From Camelus ferus (Eukaryota): 64,000 nt of DNA. Numbering within the stretch: position 1 is the first letter of the stretch; every line of letters begins with the position of its first letter. This document shows, piece after piece, positions 29,250 to 41,400 of the stretch. The position numbers and the translations under genes are program-made. The notes below the pieces were generated by a model, which did no database searches, was not told the origin of the DNA, and saw nothing but the letters and a program-made list of their open reading frames with translations. Location: positions 79,362,001 through 79,426,000 of the forward strand of contig NC_045696.1 of NCBI RefSeq assembly GCF_009834535.1. The letters run 5' to 3'.

Positions 29250-31100
29250 ACATGCCATACTGTTTAGAACATGGAGCCGGTTTCCAGGATTCAGTCATCC
29301 ATGATCAGCATCTGGTCATGGGACTCGTGCAGCTGGTTTCTCATCAGACACAGGGGCTACCTCAGGCATTTTCCTGACTTCTGGCTTCAATTTTAAAAAT
29401 ATAATTAATTCATTCTTGAAAAAGTCTTTTTCCTACTATCCTTTATTCCTCATTCTATTCATTTTTTCTACTAATCTTCAAATCATTCCCTTATAGTCAC
29501 AGAAAAAAGTAAGTTAGCTTATGATCTCTGTCTCCAATATGACTCATGTAATGATTCTGAGTGATTTCACTATATGGAGATACCCTATCCAACTTTCTAG
29601 CTTCTCAAATTTTTAATCTCTTCTTCTATAATAACATTTATTCCCAAATCATTTCAGCAACCCACTCATGTAGCCCTAATCTATAGAGTACCAAATGACT
29701 CAGAATTGTTCTACCTGTAAAATCTTTAAACTATTTTCAGCTCTTCCATTCCCTTATTCTGTTTGAAATCCTGGAACCTCTAAGTCCTTGATCCATGTAT
29801 TTTCTGCTCATCTATCAGTTTCTTCATGTAATTATTCTTTTTGACTAGCCCTAGCGAATCACATTTTTCTTTCACCAGAAATCTCAATCAACTCATCCAC
29901 TTGTCTTTCATCAATGTTAGATTGCTTCTAAAATCTAATTGTAGGTGGGGAAGGTATAGCTCAGTGGTAGAGTACGTGCCTAGCACACACAAGGTCCTTG
30001 GCTCAATCCCTAGAGCCTCTATTAAAAATAAGCAAATAAATAAATCTAATTACCTTCCCCTCCAAAAATTTTTTTCAAATGTTAAAATCTAATTGTACAT
30101 TTTTTACATCTAGGCTGCATAACACTTCAGATCGGAATTCTTCGTCTTGACAGACTAGGTCAGTACTAATTGGTGGTCTCCAGAGTATTCTCAAACACAA
30201 CAACGTACCTAAACCACATTTATTTAATTCCCAACTAAACCCTGCTCCACTTACTACATTCTCTATCTCAGTTCATGGACCTACCTGGCTTTTACAGACT
30301 CTTTAACTCCATCATGTTCTATAAAGCAACACATTCTTCTAAATATCTCTAAAGTCTGCCCCTCTTTTCAATTCCTGCAATCAATGCCTTAGTTGAAGGC
30401 CCCTATATTTCTCATCTAGATTAGTCTGTGGCCCCCTAACTCCCTAACTAGTACTCTGCTTCCAGAGTTTTTTGGGTTTTTTAAAAACTTTTTCCATGCT
30501 ATTGCCAAAGGGATCATTCTGAAATTCACACCTGACTGTATCATTCTCCTGATTAAAAAACTACCTTGTGAATGGTTTTCATTATCCCAGGAATGAAGAC
30601 TAAACCCTTTGACTTGTACGGTAGTCAAGTTCCTTTAAAATCTGCCCCCAGCATACCTCTCTAAGCCTCATCTTCAGCCACTTCCTCCACTTTTTACTCT
30701 ATAGTCACTATAGCAACAGTGAACTATTGCAGTACTGCCCCTGAAACCTCATGGCATGAATCTTTCTGTTTGGAATGATCCCAGGCTTTGTCTCCTGATA
30801 ATTCCTACTACTCCTTTAATTAGTAGCCAGGCATCATCTCTTTTGTGAAGCCTCTCCTGGTTTCCCTGTGGCTTCATAATGAGTAGGCAAAGATAAGCTC
30901 TCCCTTCTTTGTACAACTAGTAGCCTTTTCTTTTATGTCTACTGCTAATTACTCTAAGCTGTTCTTATTTCTTCCATATACCTCCCACCAATCTGTAAGT
31001 TCCTTAAGAGCTGGAATCATGTCATATTCATCTTCATGTCCTCAGTATGCAGAACAAGTACTGATAAATTGTAGGCATTTAGTATGTATTTGTTGGATGA
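29250..31100 (+). mobile_element. Long degenerate L2 LINE, interrupted by the SINE
   Basis: Pyrimidine-rich L2 body (CCCAACTAAACCCTGCTCC, GGATCATTCTGAAATTCACACCTGAC) and 3' end CTGTAAGTTCCTTAAGAG...GTATTTGTTGGATGA. Confidence 0.7.
29944..30082 (+). mobile_element. tRNA-Ala-derived SINE, camelid vic-1-like
   Basis: tRNA-like head GGGGAAGGTATAGCTCAGTGGTAGAG (A box), AGC anticodon remnant, degenerate B box GGCTCAATCCC and an A-rich tail. Flanked by identical TAAAATCTAATTGTA at 29929-29943 and 30083-30097. Confidence 0.85.
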
Positions 31101-32959
31101 CTATATCAGAGATCCTGTGAGAATGAACTCCTCTTGTCACGTTAAAGGCCTGAGGGCACTCAGGTTGACTAGATGTATTGCATTTCAATTCAGAAACTAT
31201 TTCAGCTGCTGATATTGTAAGTGCTTCTACGTATAGCAAGATAAGGGGCAATCTGAGGAAATTACACATACATAAGCCCACTTACCCAACTGGACATAAT
31301 TTTTTTAAATTACACCAGAAACTGTAGACAACTGAAAATAAAATTATATTACACTGGGCCTTTTTTTTTTTTCCCCCTGAAAATAGCCTCTTGATGTCAC
31401 AGAATGAACGGGGCTCTGGAGTCAAATTTAATGCCATTTCAAGTATTTTCGTATTACTTTCAGTAAATCAATTAATGCTTCCAAAGTTTGGTTTCTGTAC
31501 CTACCGAATGTGGACATTAATACACAACGGAGAAATAACTGTTAGGACGATTATGTAAGTGGTTAGCACACAGTGTCTGGCTGATAGATAGTTCATTTAT
31601 AGCAGTTCTTTTTTACGGATCTAAATATTTAGATATCTACATCTCTATTTCTATCTATATTAAAATGTTTTAAAAATACATGTTAGAATGCATAAGCTTC
31701 ATATATTGGTTATATAGTTATCAGATCTATATAGTGGTCTTTGGCTAACAATATTTCTACCTATCTGTAAAAACACTGCCCTAGTTTTAAAAAAAAATGT
31801 TTCTAAGGAAGTCAAAGTCAATTTCTCTCCTCAATAATTTAAAGGAAATTTGAAGACTTTAAATGATAAATTTATTAATAAGTTAAGGGAAATGAAAATA
31901 AGCAACAGAAGCAGACAAAAGAGACATAAGATGCATGGAGATACATGTAAAAAGAGCTTAAATTCCATACATGTAGTTCGATTTTTCAGGTTCATTCTTC
32001 TACGTAAGGACTTCTCAGAGCTTTTTTTGTTTATCTGTTCAAATGAATTGCTCAATTTACATCTGCTATTTGAAGCTCCTAAATGCATTAAAAGATCAGT
32101 TCTGGAGATTGAGCTGGCTGGTCAACTGAAAGATGTATGTGCAATGAAATGAGCCTGGGATTCTGGCATTTTGAAAATCAACTACATTGAAGACCAAAAA
32201 GAACAAGATATTCTATCGACATTCATCCATCTTTGGATAAAAATATTTCATTAAAAAAGATCCACACAGATTTCAGCACAATTATCTCCAAATATTTAAT
32301 CAACAAAGATTTATTTTTATTGCTCCTCTCCTTTTTACTAAAACCAAACTTCACATTTTTAAAGACTAACAAGTATAATTATTTAATAATCAGTGTGTTT
32401 TATAAATTAAAGGCAAATAGCTGCCAATCAAAACTGGTCAACATGGGGAAAATAATGCTGCCAAGCTAGTTGGTAGAATTTGAGTAAAAAAAACAAAGAA
32501 AGGTAGTGAACCTGAATACCCTCATCATGCAAAAACCATGGGGACAATTAGGTTTTTTTGTAACAATAAAAATTGATCACAGATTCCTATTACCGCCATT
32601 ACAGACTCCTGGGGGCAGAAAACTGCCTAATCTGGATCATTTCCTCCAAGTTTATGAACCTATTATGCCAACTGGGACTCTCTCAATTCTTTTACGATGT
32701 CTTATTTACCTTAATTTCAGAAAAAAATAACATTAGGAAAGATGTTTGTACTGGAGATTTTTCAAGCTTCCCTAATAATTAATGAGCTTTAATCCTTAAT
32801 ATACTATTGTCCTAATTAACTCCTCAGTAATGGGTTCTAATACAGACATCATTTTTGAAAGGATAGTCTTTTATTTCTTGAACAAGGTGTTCAAAACGTA
32901 TCACATTTTTTTCCCTACAAGGTCTCCTCTTCAGCTCAAGAGAAAACATAGCTATTAAG

Positions 32960-33545
32960 TACACAGACTTTGAAGTTACCTAAACACTGGCTCAAATTTT
33001 AGCTTTTCCAGTTAAGACCTAGTGACCATGGGTAAGTTATTTAAACTCCATCAGCCTGTTTCCTCAACTGTAAAACTGAGATAATAATGTGAATGCTTCA
33101 CTGTTGGTACACAATAAGGACTCAATAAATATGCTTAATACAATGACTAATAATTCGTATATGAAATAAGTATATTTCAGACAAGGCCATTCTACTGTTG
33201 ATTGTTCTTATATTTTCTTCCAGAAGAAAATTTTAATATTGTATACTTTTCATTCACCTCTTGTTACCCCAGAAAATGAAATAAACCTTCGTGACCTTTA
33301 ACATGGATCTCCAGACACTAATAATAATTATTGGGTGATTGCATCTAATTAAAAACAACAACAACAACAACAGGTAATGGATATTGTAATCAGAGACTGC
33401 ATTCTGATGTCTAGCTAGCTGAGTGACATTAGCAAGATACTTATCCTCTTCAAGCCCCAGTTTTCTCAGGTGTAAAATGAAGTGATACCACTAAGCTTGT
33501 TGGGTTTTTCTAAGAACTAAATGCTATAATGTAGATAAGATATTT
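32960..33545 (+). mobile_element. Two MIR SINEs (about 32960-33130 and 33390-33545)
   Basis: GTGACCATGGGTAAGTTATTTAAAC...GTTTCCTCAACTGTAAAA and CAGTTTTCTCAGGTGTAAAATG. Confidence 0.7.
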
Positions 33546-34400
33546 GGTATCAAGCTTGACACTCCCTTCTTTTTCTTAAGAATTGGCATTTTAATATTAA
33601 CTGTTGAAATCATAGTAGTAAGTATGCTACTCTGACAGACTAGACCAGCATTTCAAAAGGAGGCCACATTTTAAAGCCTCTTCTCTGAAGGTATTCCCTG
33701 ATGCTCTGATACTGCTTTCAGAGTTAAGTGCACAAGGATTCTATAGCAAATGGGAACATTATCTTCCCTTATGTGGATGACATGACCATATCATTATACA
33801 TTAAATAAAGGTCGCACCAGGGGTTAACTAGTAGTGGAACCTCATTACTGACAAAGAAATGACTTAAGTTAACAAAAGAAATGATTTATGCTCAAGTAAA
33901 ATCATTGCACTTGGAAACATTCTTCACAATTAGGCTCATTATGTTTTTTGGCAACTTGGTTTGCTCAGTTACCCAGGGGTACATGTCATAGGATTGGAAA
34001 ATGCTGTTCTGACCATGTAGGGTTCTTCCATATTATTCATGAGGGAAAAAATGATACCAGTAATATAAATCTTTGAATACTCATAACATTTCCTAAAATC
34101 TCCACTTAGCCCTTGAAAAAAAAATCAACCTGTATTTACCACACACCAGCTCCCTTGTCATACCATAACAGTTCTGAAAAGCATAAATCAGTCATTCAAA
34201 ACTCCCTCACGCTGAGCGATCAATTGCTTACTGACAAGGCTTAAACCAGCAAAATCTACAGTGAGTCCCCAAAGGTCCGTCTCCTTCTAAAATGTCTTCC
34301 AAATAATGAGCATAATCATTTATGCTATTATAAAGTGATAGTGACCTCTATTTTTCAGCAAAGAGAGCAAAACAATACAGCTGAAAGAAGTACACCATAA

Positions 34401-34816
34401 TGTGAAGGAAAAGCTGGGCTGGGCTAACAAGATAACTCACACATCTAAGTATCGGAATACTGATCTGAGTTCTGCTGGACTAACTTGTAAATCTAAGTTA
34501 ATTAGTGTTGTTTTGCTGTTCATGTTTTTTGCTAGCCAGCTGGATTTTCAAAGATACATATCTGGCTTTGGAATGTTGGTTTGCTGCCTCCCTGCCTCCA
34601 CTTTTGTGATAATGATGCTGCTAAAGCTGTTCCATGCCTATTGGCCGAATACCCCAAGCTTGTACTTTACCCTATAAAACCTCATGCGCACGTCTTGGAG
34701 GTGCTCAGAGCTTCGGAGTCAGAAGCCCCTCTGAGCCCGCCTGGCAGTAATACATCTGAGTACTCCAACCCTCCAAGTGGTGCTTATTTCTTGGTTGGCC
34801 TGTCGTTTCCATAACA
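34401..34816 (+). mobile_element. Solo LTR of an ERV1-class endogenous retrovirus (416 bp)
   Basis: Starts TGTGAAGG and ends CCATAACA. 4-bp TSD ATAA at 34397-34400 and 34817-34820. TATAAAA at 34673-34679, AATACA polyA-like motif at 34749-34754, and several CpGs retained. Confidence 0.85.
34640..34679 (+). promoter_or_regulatory. LTR promoter motifs (reverse CCAAT and TATA box)
   Basis: ATTGG at 34640-34644 and TATAAAA at 34673-34679, at the expected U3 position. Activity unknown. Confidence 0.45.
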
Positions 34817-34989
34817 ATAATAGGTTCTTAAACTTGAGAATAAAACTGGAGAATACTAGAAATATGTTAATGAGGAAAACAGTATCTGGGCTTGATGGAA
34901 GTAACCTAGACTGAAATTATACAGAAGTGTCTTAGGAGGTGGTGAGAAGAGGGAGAGGGAAGAACTCTGTTTTCTTGAATGTATCAGGC

Positions 34990-35680
34990 CTCCATTAGGC
35001 AATTCACACGTGCTCTCCCATTTATTCCTTAGGTCAGCTCTATCCAGTAGGTATTACCAGAATCTCATTGTACTGATGAAGCACAGAGGCTCTCAGAGGT
35101 TTAATAACTGTCCAAAGACACTGGGAATTCAACTAGGATTTAATCTCCACCTATACAAAGTGTCATTCGGTGTCAGAACAGACTCTGCTGTAAACAGTGA
35201 CCCTATGAAGGTCCTTTAAGCATGTGGGCTAGTCTTTTTCTATTCTAATAGCCACCGTGTGCTATCTCACAAGTCTAAATGAATAACATTTGAAAACCCC
35301 CTGTATTTTCTTTGGAAGAAAGGTGGCATATAAATCCCAAGTGTTACTCTGCTCAAACCTTAAAGATTTTATAGCTGCCTGATTACAAATAAACAATTCC
35401 CTTCTCGTTCCTCAGTTCCTCTGCTGAGGTATAAATCCTTATTCTGCACTTAAAGTATCATTTTATCTACAATACTTTGTAGAGGACCACTGACCTCTAG
35501 AAGACCCAAATTCTAGCCCCAGGTCTTTCAAGCACTGACCTGTGCTTACCCATGGGTCACATACTAGAAATACCAGAGGGTCAGTTTCCTAACCTGTCAA
35601 ATGGGATTTCCTACTGACTCCATCTGCCTCATGAGGAGGAGCAAAGGAGGAAAGTATATATGAAAGTGTTTGGAAATTGA
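34990..35680. mobile_element. MIR SINEs (minus at about 34990-35140, plus at about 35500-35680)
   Basis: GATGAAGCACAGAGGCTCTCAGAGGTTTAATAACT and TCAGTTTCCTAACCTGTCAAATGGG. Confidence 0.6.
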
Positions 35681-37350
35681 ACAAAGAGCCAAATATAAAG
35701 TGGCAGGAGGAATACTGTTCCAGGTATAGTGAAGCATGGAGTCCTTTCCTATCAAGGGCTTCTCTCTTCCAAGTGGTTAACCATGTTCAAGGAAAACGAT
35801 CTAATCCTGTATCATTTCATTACAGGTTTTATCTTCCTTCTTCCACTTGCTAAGAAGCAAAATTATATTTGCCCAAACACTAATGGCCACATAAATATTT
35901 ACAAATGAGTGGTAGATGTGTAAAGGGTATAGTAGCCACCCCTCAGACCACCTAAAGAAATTAAAAGCCAAGGCAGACCATCTTATAAGAATAGAATTAA
36001 GGAATCTGCTTTTTTATACTGTAGAGGTGTTTGCTATTTATGCCATTCTCAGCTATTGTAATTTATTTGAGTATTTTTTTAGTGTTCTGTTTTCTTTTTG
36101 TACTTTGGGATATACACTACCCGAGACGTTTAACTTTTAACCTTTACTTTTTATGCTGAGAACTTGTGACATTTAAATCTCAATACTGATGATTAACATC
36201 TTTGCTTTATGCCAGAAGCTACAAACTGATAGGCCCCTGTATATAGTGACACCTTTCAACAGTCACACGCTCCAGCAGTTACTAATTTTCCAACCCAGTA
36301 CCTGAAGATGACATTCTGATAAATTTGCAAAGGACTTTCTGAACTATTTATTAGTTCAACATGTGAAAAAGTACACCTCCAGTAATGACATTTTGTTCCC
36401 AAAATAACTTCATATGCTTTATCCATTTTTTTATTTTTAAATTGAGCTACTTACAGAATATCTGAAAATAACCACCAATAACTCATAATTAACAAATGGC
36501 ACTTTTCTATTTCTCATCTCATAACACTCAAAAACACTGCATTTTTATGTGGAATCCAAAATTATTTTTCCAAAAAGAAAGAACTACCATGATACTTTAT
36601 AATCCTCCTGTAAATGAACGAGATGATCATCACTTTTTCATCCTTACTCTAAGTTAAAATGAGATGGAGTTAAATGTTCTCTCTCTCAACATCAAGAAAT
36701 GGGCCAGCAGTTAAAATAAAAATGAAATGGATGCAGTAAAACAATACAGCATTCTATTCACTTTCCATGCCACATCCGAACTGTGGTATTAATAATCATA
36801 TCAAGGCACCAATCATTTACTAAGCTTTTTCTGCATGCTCAGAGTAATTATGATAGTTTTTCCAACTGCATGAAAATCAAGACCTAGGAGTCAAAGCAGT
36901 TTTAATAAATCAGCTGATGTTTTGGATTTATCTGCTTTCTCCTTATTTACAGGAAAAATCAACTTAAAGACAACTCTGAAAGAAATTCATAATCTTCCAC
37001 CATAATAAAACACTTCTTTTAGTGTATTAAATCTCAGACATGCAGATACATGCATATTCCTGACATAATTTTCATTATATTGTAAACAAAATGTTGTATT
37101 TTACTTTGTTAAAACCTGATATCACTTAACAATTTTAAACTACCTGATCCACAAGTGCATGCATAAGTAAAGACACGTTACAGACACATTTGCCCAGTAT
37201 TTGAGTGGTGAGGTTTGCTTTTGATTAGCACCGATGAGAAGAAGCAATCTGCTCTATTACAAAACTGACATTGTATCTATAAAGTAGCTTTGAATTCTCT
37301 CTGTAATCATTACCACAGGCTGGGGAATACCCTAAAGTCAGAAAGAACAA

Positions 37351-37766
37351 TGTGTGCTGAAGTGTGTCCCCTGCCCCCATTCATATGTTGAAGTCCTCAC
37401 CCCCAGTACCTTAGCATGTGACCTTAGAACTAGGATAGTTGCAGATGCATGTAGATAAGAGGAGGTCATACTAGAGCAAGATAGGCCCCTAATCCAATAT
37501 GATTGGTGTCTTGAGAAAAAGAAAGCCATGTGAAGAACAGATACATACTCAGGGAGAATGATGTAAAAAGACTGGAGTTATGCTGACACAAACCAAAAAA
37601 CTACCAGAAGCTAGATTCTTTTTTACCACCTTCAGAGGGAATGTGGCCTTGCTGACACCTTGATTTCAGACTTCTGAACTCCAGAACTGTGAGAAAATAA
37701 ATTTCTGTTGTTCTAAGCCACTGAGGTTTTGGAACTTTGCTACCACATCCCCAGGAAACTAATAAA
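37351..37766 (+). mobile_element. MLT1 (MLT1B/C-like) MaLR solo LTR
   Basis: Start TGTGTGCTGAAGTGTGTCCCC...CATATGTTGAAGTCCT; end CCAGAACTGTGAGAAAATAAATTTCTGTTG...GGAAACTAATA. 5-bp TSD AACAA at 37346-37350 and 37767-37771. Confidence 0.85.
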
Positions 37767-37919
37767 AACAATATATTAAAAGATCGTTCCACGTTGCCCT
37801 CTACACACTCCACAAATGTAACAGTTTCCTGAGAGTTCTTACTGTCTTTTAAGTCCCTTCAAGTCATTCTTTAATTGCCATCACCCTGCTCTTTTTAAAA
37901 TTAAAAATGTAATCATTTT

Positions 37920-38590
37920 GAGAATGCAAATTGGTACAGCCACTATAGAAAACAGTATGGAGGTTCTTCAAAAAAATAAAATAAAAACAGAACTACCGTA
38001 TGATCCAGCAATCCCACTTTAGAGTATGTATCCAAAGGAAAAGAAAACAGGATATGGGCAAGATAGCTGCATCCCAATGTTAATCACAGCATCACTCACA
38101 GTAGCCAAGAAACAAGAAATTTAGGAAACAATGTAAGTGTCCATCAGCAGATGAAAGGATAAGGAAGATGTAACATAGAGAGATACAACAGGGTATTATT
38201 CAGCCATGAGAAGGAAGGAAATCCTGCCATTTTTGACAATATGAATAGACTTTGAGGGCATTACGCTAAGTGAAATAAGCCAGAGAAAGACAAATACTGT
38301 AGGTTTTCACTTGTAAGTGGAATCTTAAAAAAAAGTCAAACACACAGAAATAGAGAGTAGTAAAGTGGTTGTCAGGGGTTGGTGGTGCGAGAATTAGAGA
38401 AAGGTTGGTAAAAAGGTGCAAACTTTCAGCTATAAGTTGAATAAGGTCTGAGGATCCACTGTATAATGTGGTGACTATAGTTGATAACATGGTATTGTAT
38501 AATTGAAGTTGCCTAAGAAAGCAGAAATAAAATGTTCTCACACAAACAAAAAAAGATAAATACATGAAATGATTAAGGAAAAAAAAAGAG
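37920..38590 (+). mobile_element. 5'-truncated L1 (L1MA-like end of ORF2 and 3' UTR)
   Basis: GAATGCAAATTGGTACAGCCACTATAGAAAACAGTATGGAGG, GCTAAGTGAAATAAGCCAG and an A-rich tail. Degenerate TSD AATGTAATCATTTT (37906-37919) vs AATGTAATAATTTT (38591-38604), with a TT|AAAA endonuclease site at 37901. Confidence 0.85.
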
Positions 38591-39339
38591 AATGTAATAA
38601 TTTTCTTCAACTAAACTCAAAATGAAAATAAAATTGTCTCATCCCAAATTTTTAATGAAACAATATAATCATTTACTCTCCTGTTTAAAATGACTGTAAT
38701 GACTTTCCAATGATTATAAGAAATAAATGCACATAGCATGCAAACATAGCAATGACTGCTTTAGTAGTTACGATAAACTCCTATGGGCTAGGCATGGGGT
38801 TAGCGACAACTATTCTATGCCCCTAGCATCCCTTCAAATTCAGCATTAGTAGTCCTACACTAAAGATTTTTTAAAAATAAGACAGTGAAGAAATCAATTT
38901 CCCAGCCACACCACTAAAGAAGGGCCACCCAGACTTTCTTTCCTGAGCGCACACATGTAGTTACTGACCACGTGAAAACTACAATCACTGAGAGTCTTGT
39001 CACGATGTGGTTTCTATTTGGATTGTATTTCAATATTATTGCTTCATTTCACTACACCCCTCCTACTACCTCACCTCCCATCTCACACACCCATTTTAAA
39101 TTATATGCCTTTTAATTTAGCTAGGTGTTTCCCTATTCATTATTTCTGCAAACACCTTTTTTTTTTTTTTTTAATTTCTCCTTTGAAAGCTCAACCAAAT
39201 TGACAACTATCTTCTCATATTGAAGACCTGGCAACTATCACTTCTGTGAAGTCTGGTTATGTTCTCCTTAAGGAAAAATTGATGATCACTGCCTAACTTT
39301 ATGAATTCATGATAATTTGGAAAAATGCCAGTTATAGTA

Positions 39340-39478
39340 TTTAGACAATTATATTACTGTTCACAGGTCTACATCTTCACTCTAGACTGTAAGCTTCTTG
39401 AGGAAAGGACATTGAATCTCTAGTACCTACAACAGATGATAAACACACATTTATAGATTACACAAATGAATGAATGAG
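39340..39478 (+). mobile_element. L2 3' end
   Basis: CTAGACTGTAAGCTTCTTGAGG...AATGAATGAATGA. Confidence 0.7.
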
Positions 39479-39487
39479 ATATAACAT

Positions 39488-39650
39488 TTTCAGCTTTATT
39501 GAGGCAAACCAACAAATATAACTGTAAGATACTTAAAATGCACAATGTGATGATTTGATAAACATCTACATTGTGAAAGGACACCCCCATTAACTTAACA
39601 CATCCATCACCTCACATTCTGCTTTTTTTCTTCTCAGTGAGAATATAACT
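39488..39650 (-). mobile_element. L1MA-like 3' end fragment
   Basis: TTTCAGCTTTATTGAGG...ACAATGTGATGATTTGATA...CATTGTGAAAGGA...CATCCATCACCTCACAT. Confidence 0.75.
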
Positions 39651-39849
39651 TAGTATTAAGTTAGTAAGTTTTCATGGTTCCAAATATTTGCTATTACAAA
39701 TACTGTTGCATTATTTGTACTAAATGTAAATCCTCTTTCTCTTTAATGGATCCTCTCTAAATTCAAATAATAAAACATCCCCTGGCCCCCACAGTATAGT
39801 TGCTCAATAAATGTGTAGATAAATGTTGAATCTTAAACATAGTTCCTTG

Positions 39850-41400
39850 AACATATGGAATATTATCCACCAGCTAAAGTGAATGCACTAAATCTATATG
39901 TATTAATATTGGTAAATCTAAAAGACAAAATGTTAATGTTGACAGGTAAAAAACAAGAAAGTATATTTAGTAATATATGTATGATATGGTTTAGATCAAA
40001 ATTTGAAATGGATAATACTTTATAGTATTTATGGTCAAATATAGATGCATGTATATAATTTAAAATGCATGTGATTAATGAATGCCGACTTCCTAGGGAG
40101 GGAGGAGGAGTAGAAGGTAAGGAGAAGAAAATGTAGCGATACCTGTTATATTTTATTTCTAAGGAAATATCAAAACAAAAAAGCATATGCAAAAGTAAGA
40201 GATCGAAAGTTAATGTGCCAACTGCTACCAGTTGATTGAATCAGGTTGGGGAATTGTATAGGTATCAGTTTTACTGTTTTCTGAATATTTCATTTTTGAA
40301 ATATTCCATAATATTCATTTAAAAAAGTGTAGCATCAAGGAAGAGGGAAAGAAAATAGAAAAATCACCAATGGACAAATGCCACAGTAGTGACTGTTGCA
40401 GGCAAGATTCACTCATGGATTTGAAAATCAGTGGGCAAAAATTAAGGAGAAACAGGATATGTGTGCATAGTCTCAAAGTAGCTCCTCTGAAACACTTATT
40501 CATTACAAGGGGGTGGAAATATAGCAGCTTTACAGTGGAGAAATCCAGGAGACACCACCTTATCCACACGTTCAAGGTGGATAACATCACCAATGATGAA
40601 ACATATGGAACATTACAAAACCCTCAGTGCTCTGCGTTAAGGACGCGATTCTCGCCAATGCATAAGCTCATTTCAATCATAGGAAAACATCAGACAAACC
40701 TAAATTGACGGGCAGTCTACAAAACAACTAACTGGTATTCTTCAGAAGTGTCAAGAACATAAAAGAAAAAAGAAGACTGGGCAATTGTCACAGAGACTAA
40801 ATAGAAATAGCAACTAAATGCATGTGGGAACTTATATAGGATCCTGGAACAGAAAAATGACATTACAGAGAAAACTGGTGAGATTCAGTTACGGTCTGTA
40901 GTTGAGATGATACCAATGTAATGTCTTGGTTTTGACAATCATACTATGATTACACTACATGTTACATTAAAAGAAGCTGGCTGAGAGGGTGTTGGGAAAC
41001 CTCCGTATTATTTTTGATATACTTCTCTAAGTCTAAAGTTAGCTATTTTTTTAAAATGTAGGGAAAAAAAGAAGTGTGTATACCTATTAATTCCACAAAT
41101 TTACCTGTAGGAATTTACTCAAGGAAATAATCAGAAAAGCCCACAAAGCTATACGTGTGCATACGTGGTTGTGTGTGCATGTGTGTGCGTATTCCATTAT
41201 GGCATTACTAAAAAATTAAAATGGAAATAACCTAAATGCCCAGCAAATAATTATGTTTCACACAGAAAGCTATAAGCAGCCATGAAAATTATGATATTCC
41301 TTGAGATTTACTGGCAGGCAGAGATGTTTGTAATCTACTGTCATGTAAAAAAAGCAGAATAAAATGCAACCTAATTATAATTTTAACTGTATATTTTTAA
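39850..41400 (+). mobile_element. L1MC-like 3' end (about 40330-41050) among older L1ME-like fragments
   Basis: TTTACAGTGGAGAAA, CATCAGACAAACCTAAATTGA, CAACTAAATGCATGTGGG, GGATCCTGGAACAGAAAA and GAAAACTGGTGA. Confidence 0.7.

Noticed and set aside
29947..30020. tRNA-Ala gene
   Set aside because: Broken stems, mutated B box, A-rich tail and TSD identify it as a SINE.
31619..31634. 16-bp perfect palindrome ATCTAAATATTTAGAT
   Set aside because: AT-rich low-complexity context, so plausible by chance; spacing does not fit the MEF2 consensus.
34402..34814. ORFs of 91 and 77 aa
   Set aside because: Entirely within the solo LTR, with no gag/pol/env features.
38266..40708. ORFs of 109-114 aa
   Set aside because: They lie in L1 3' UTR remnants and resemble no protein I recognise.
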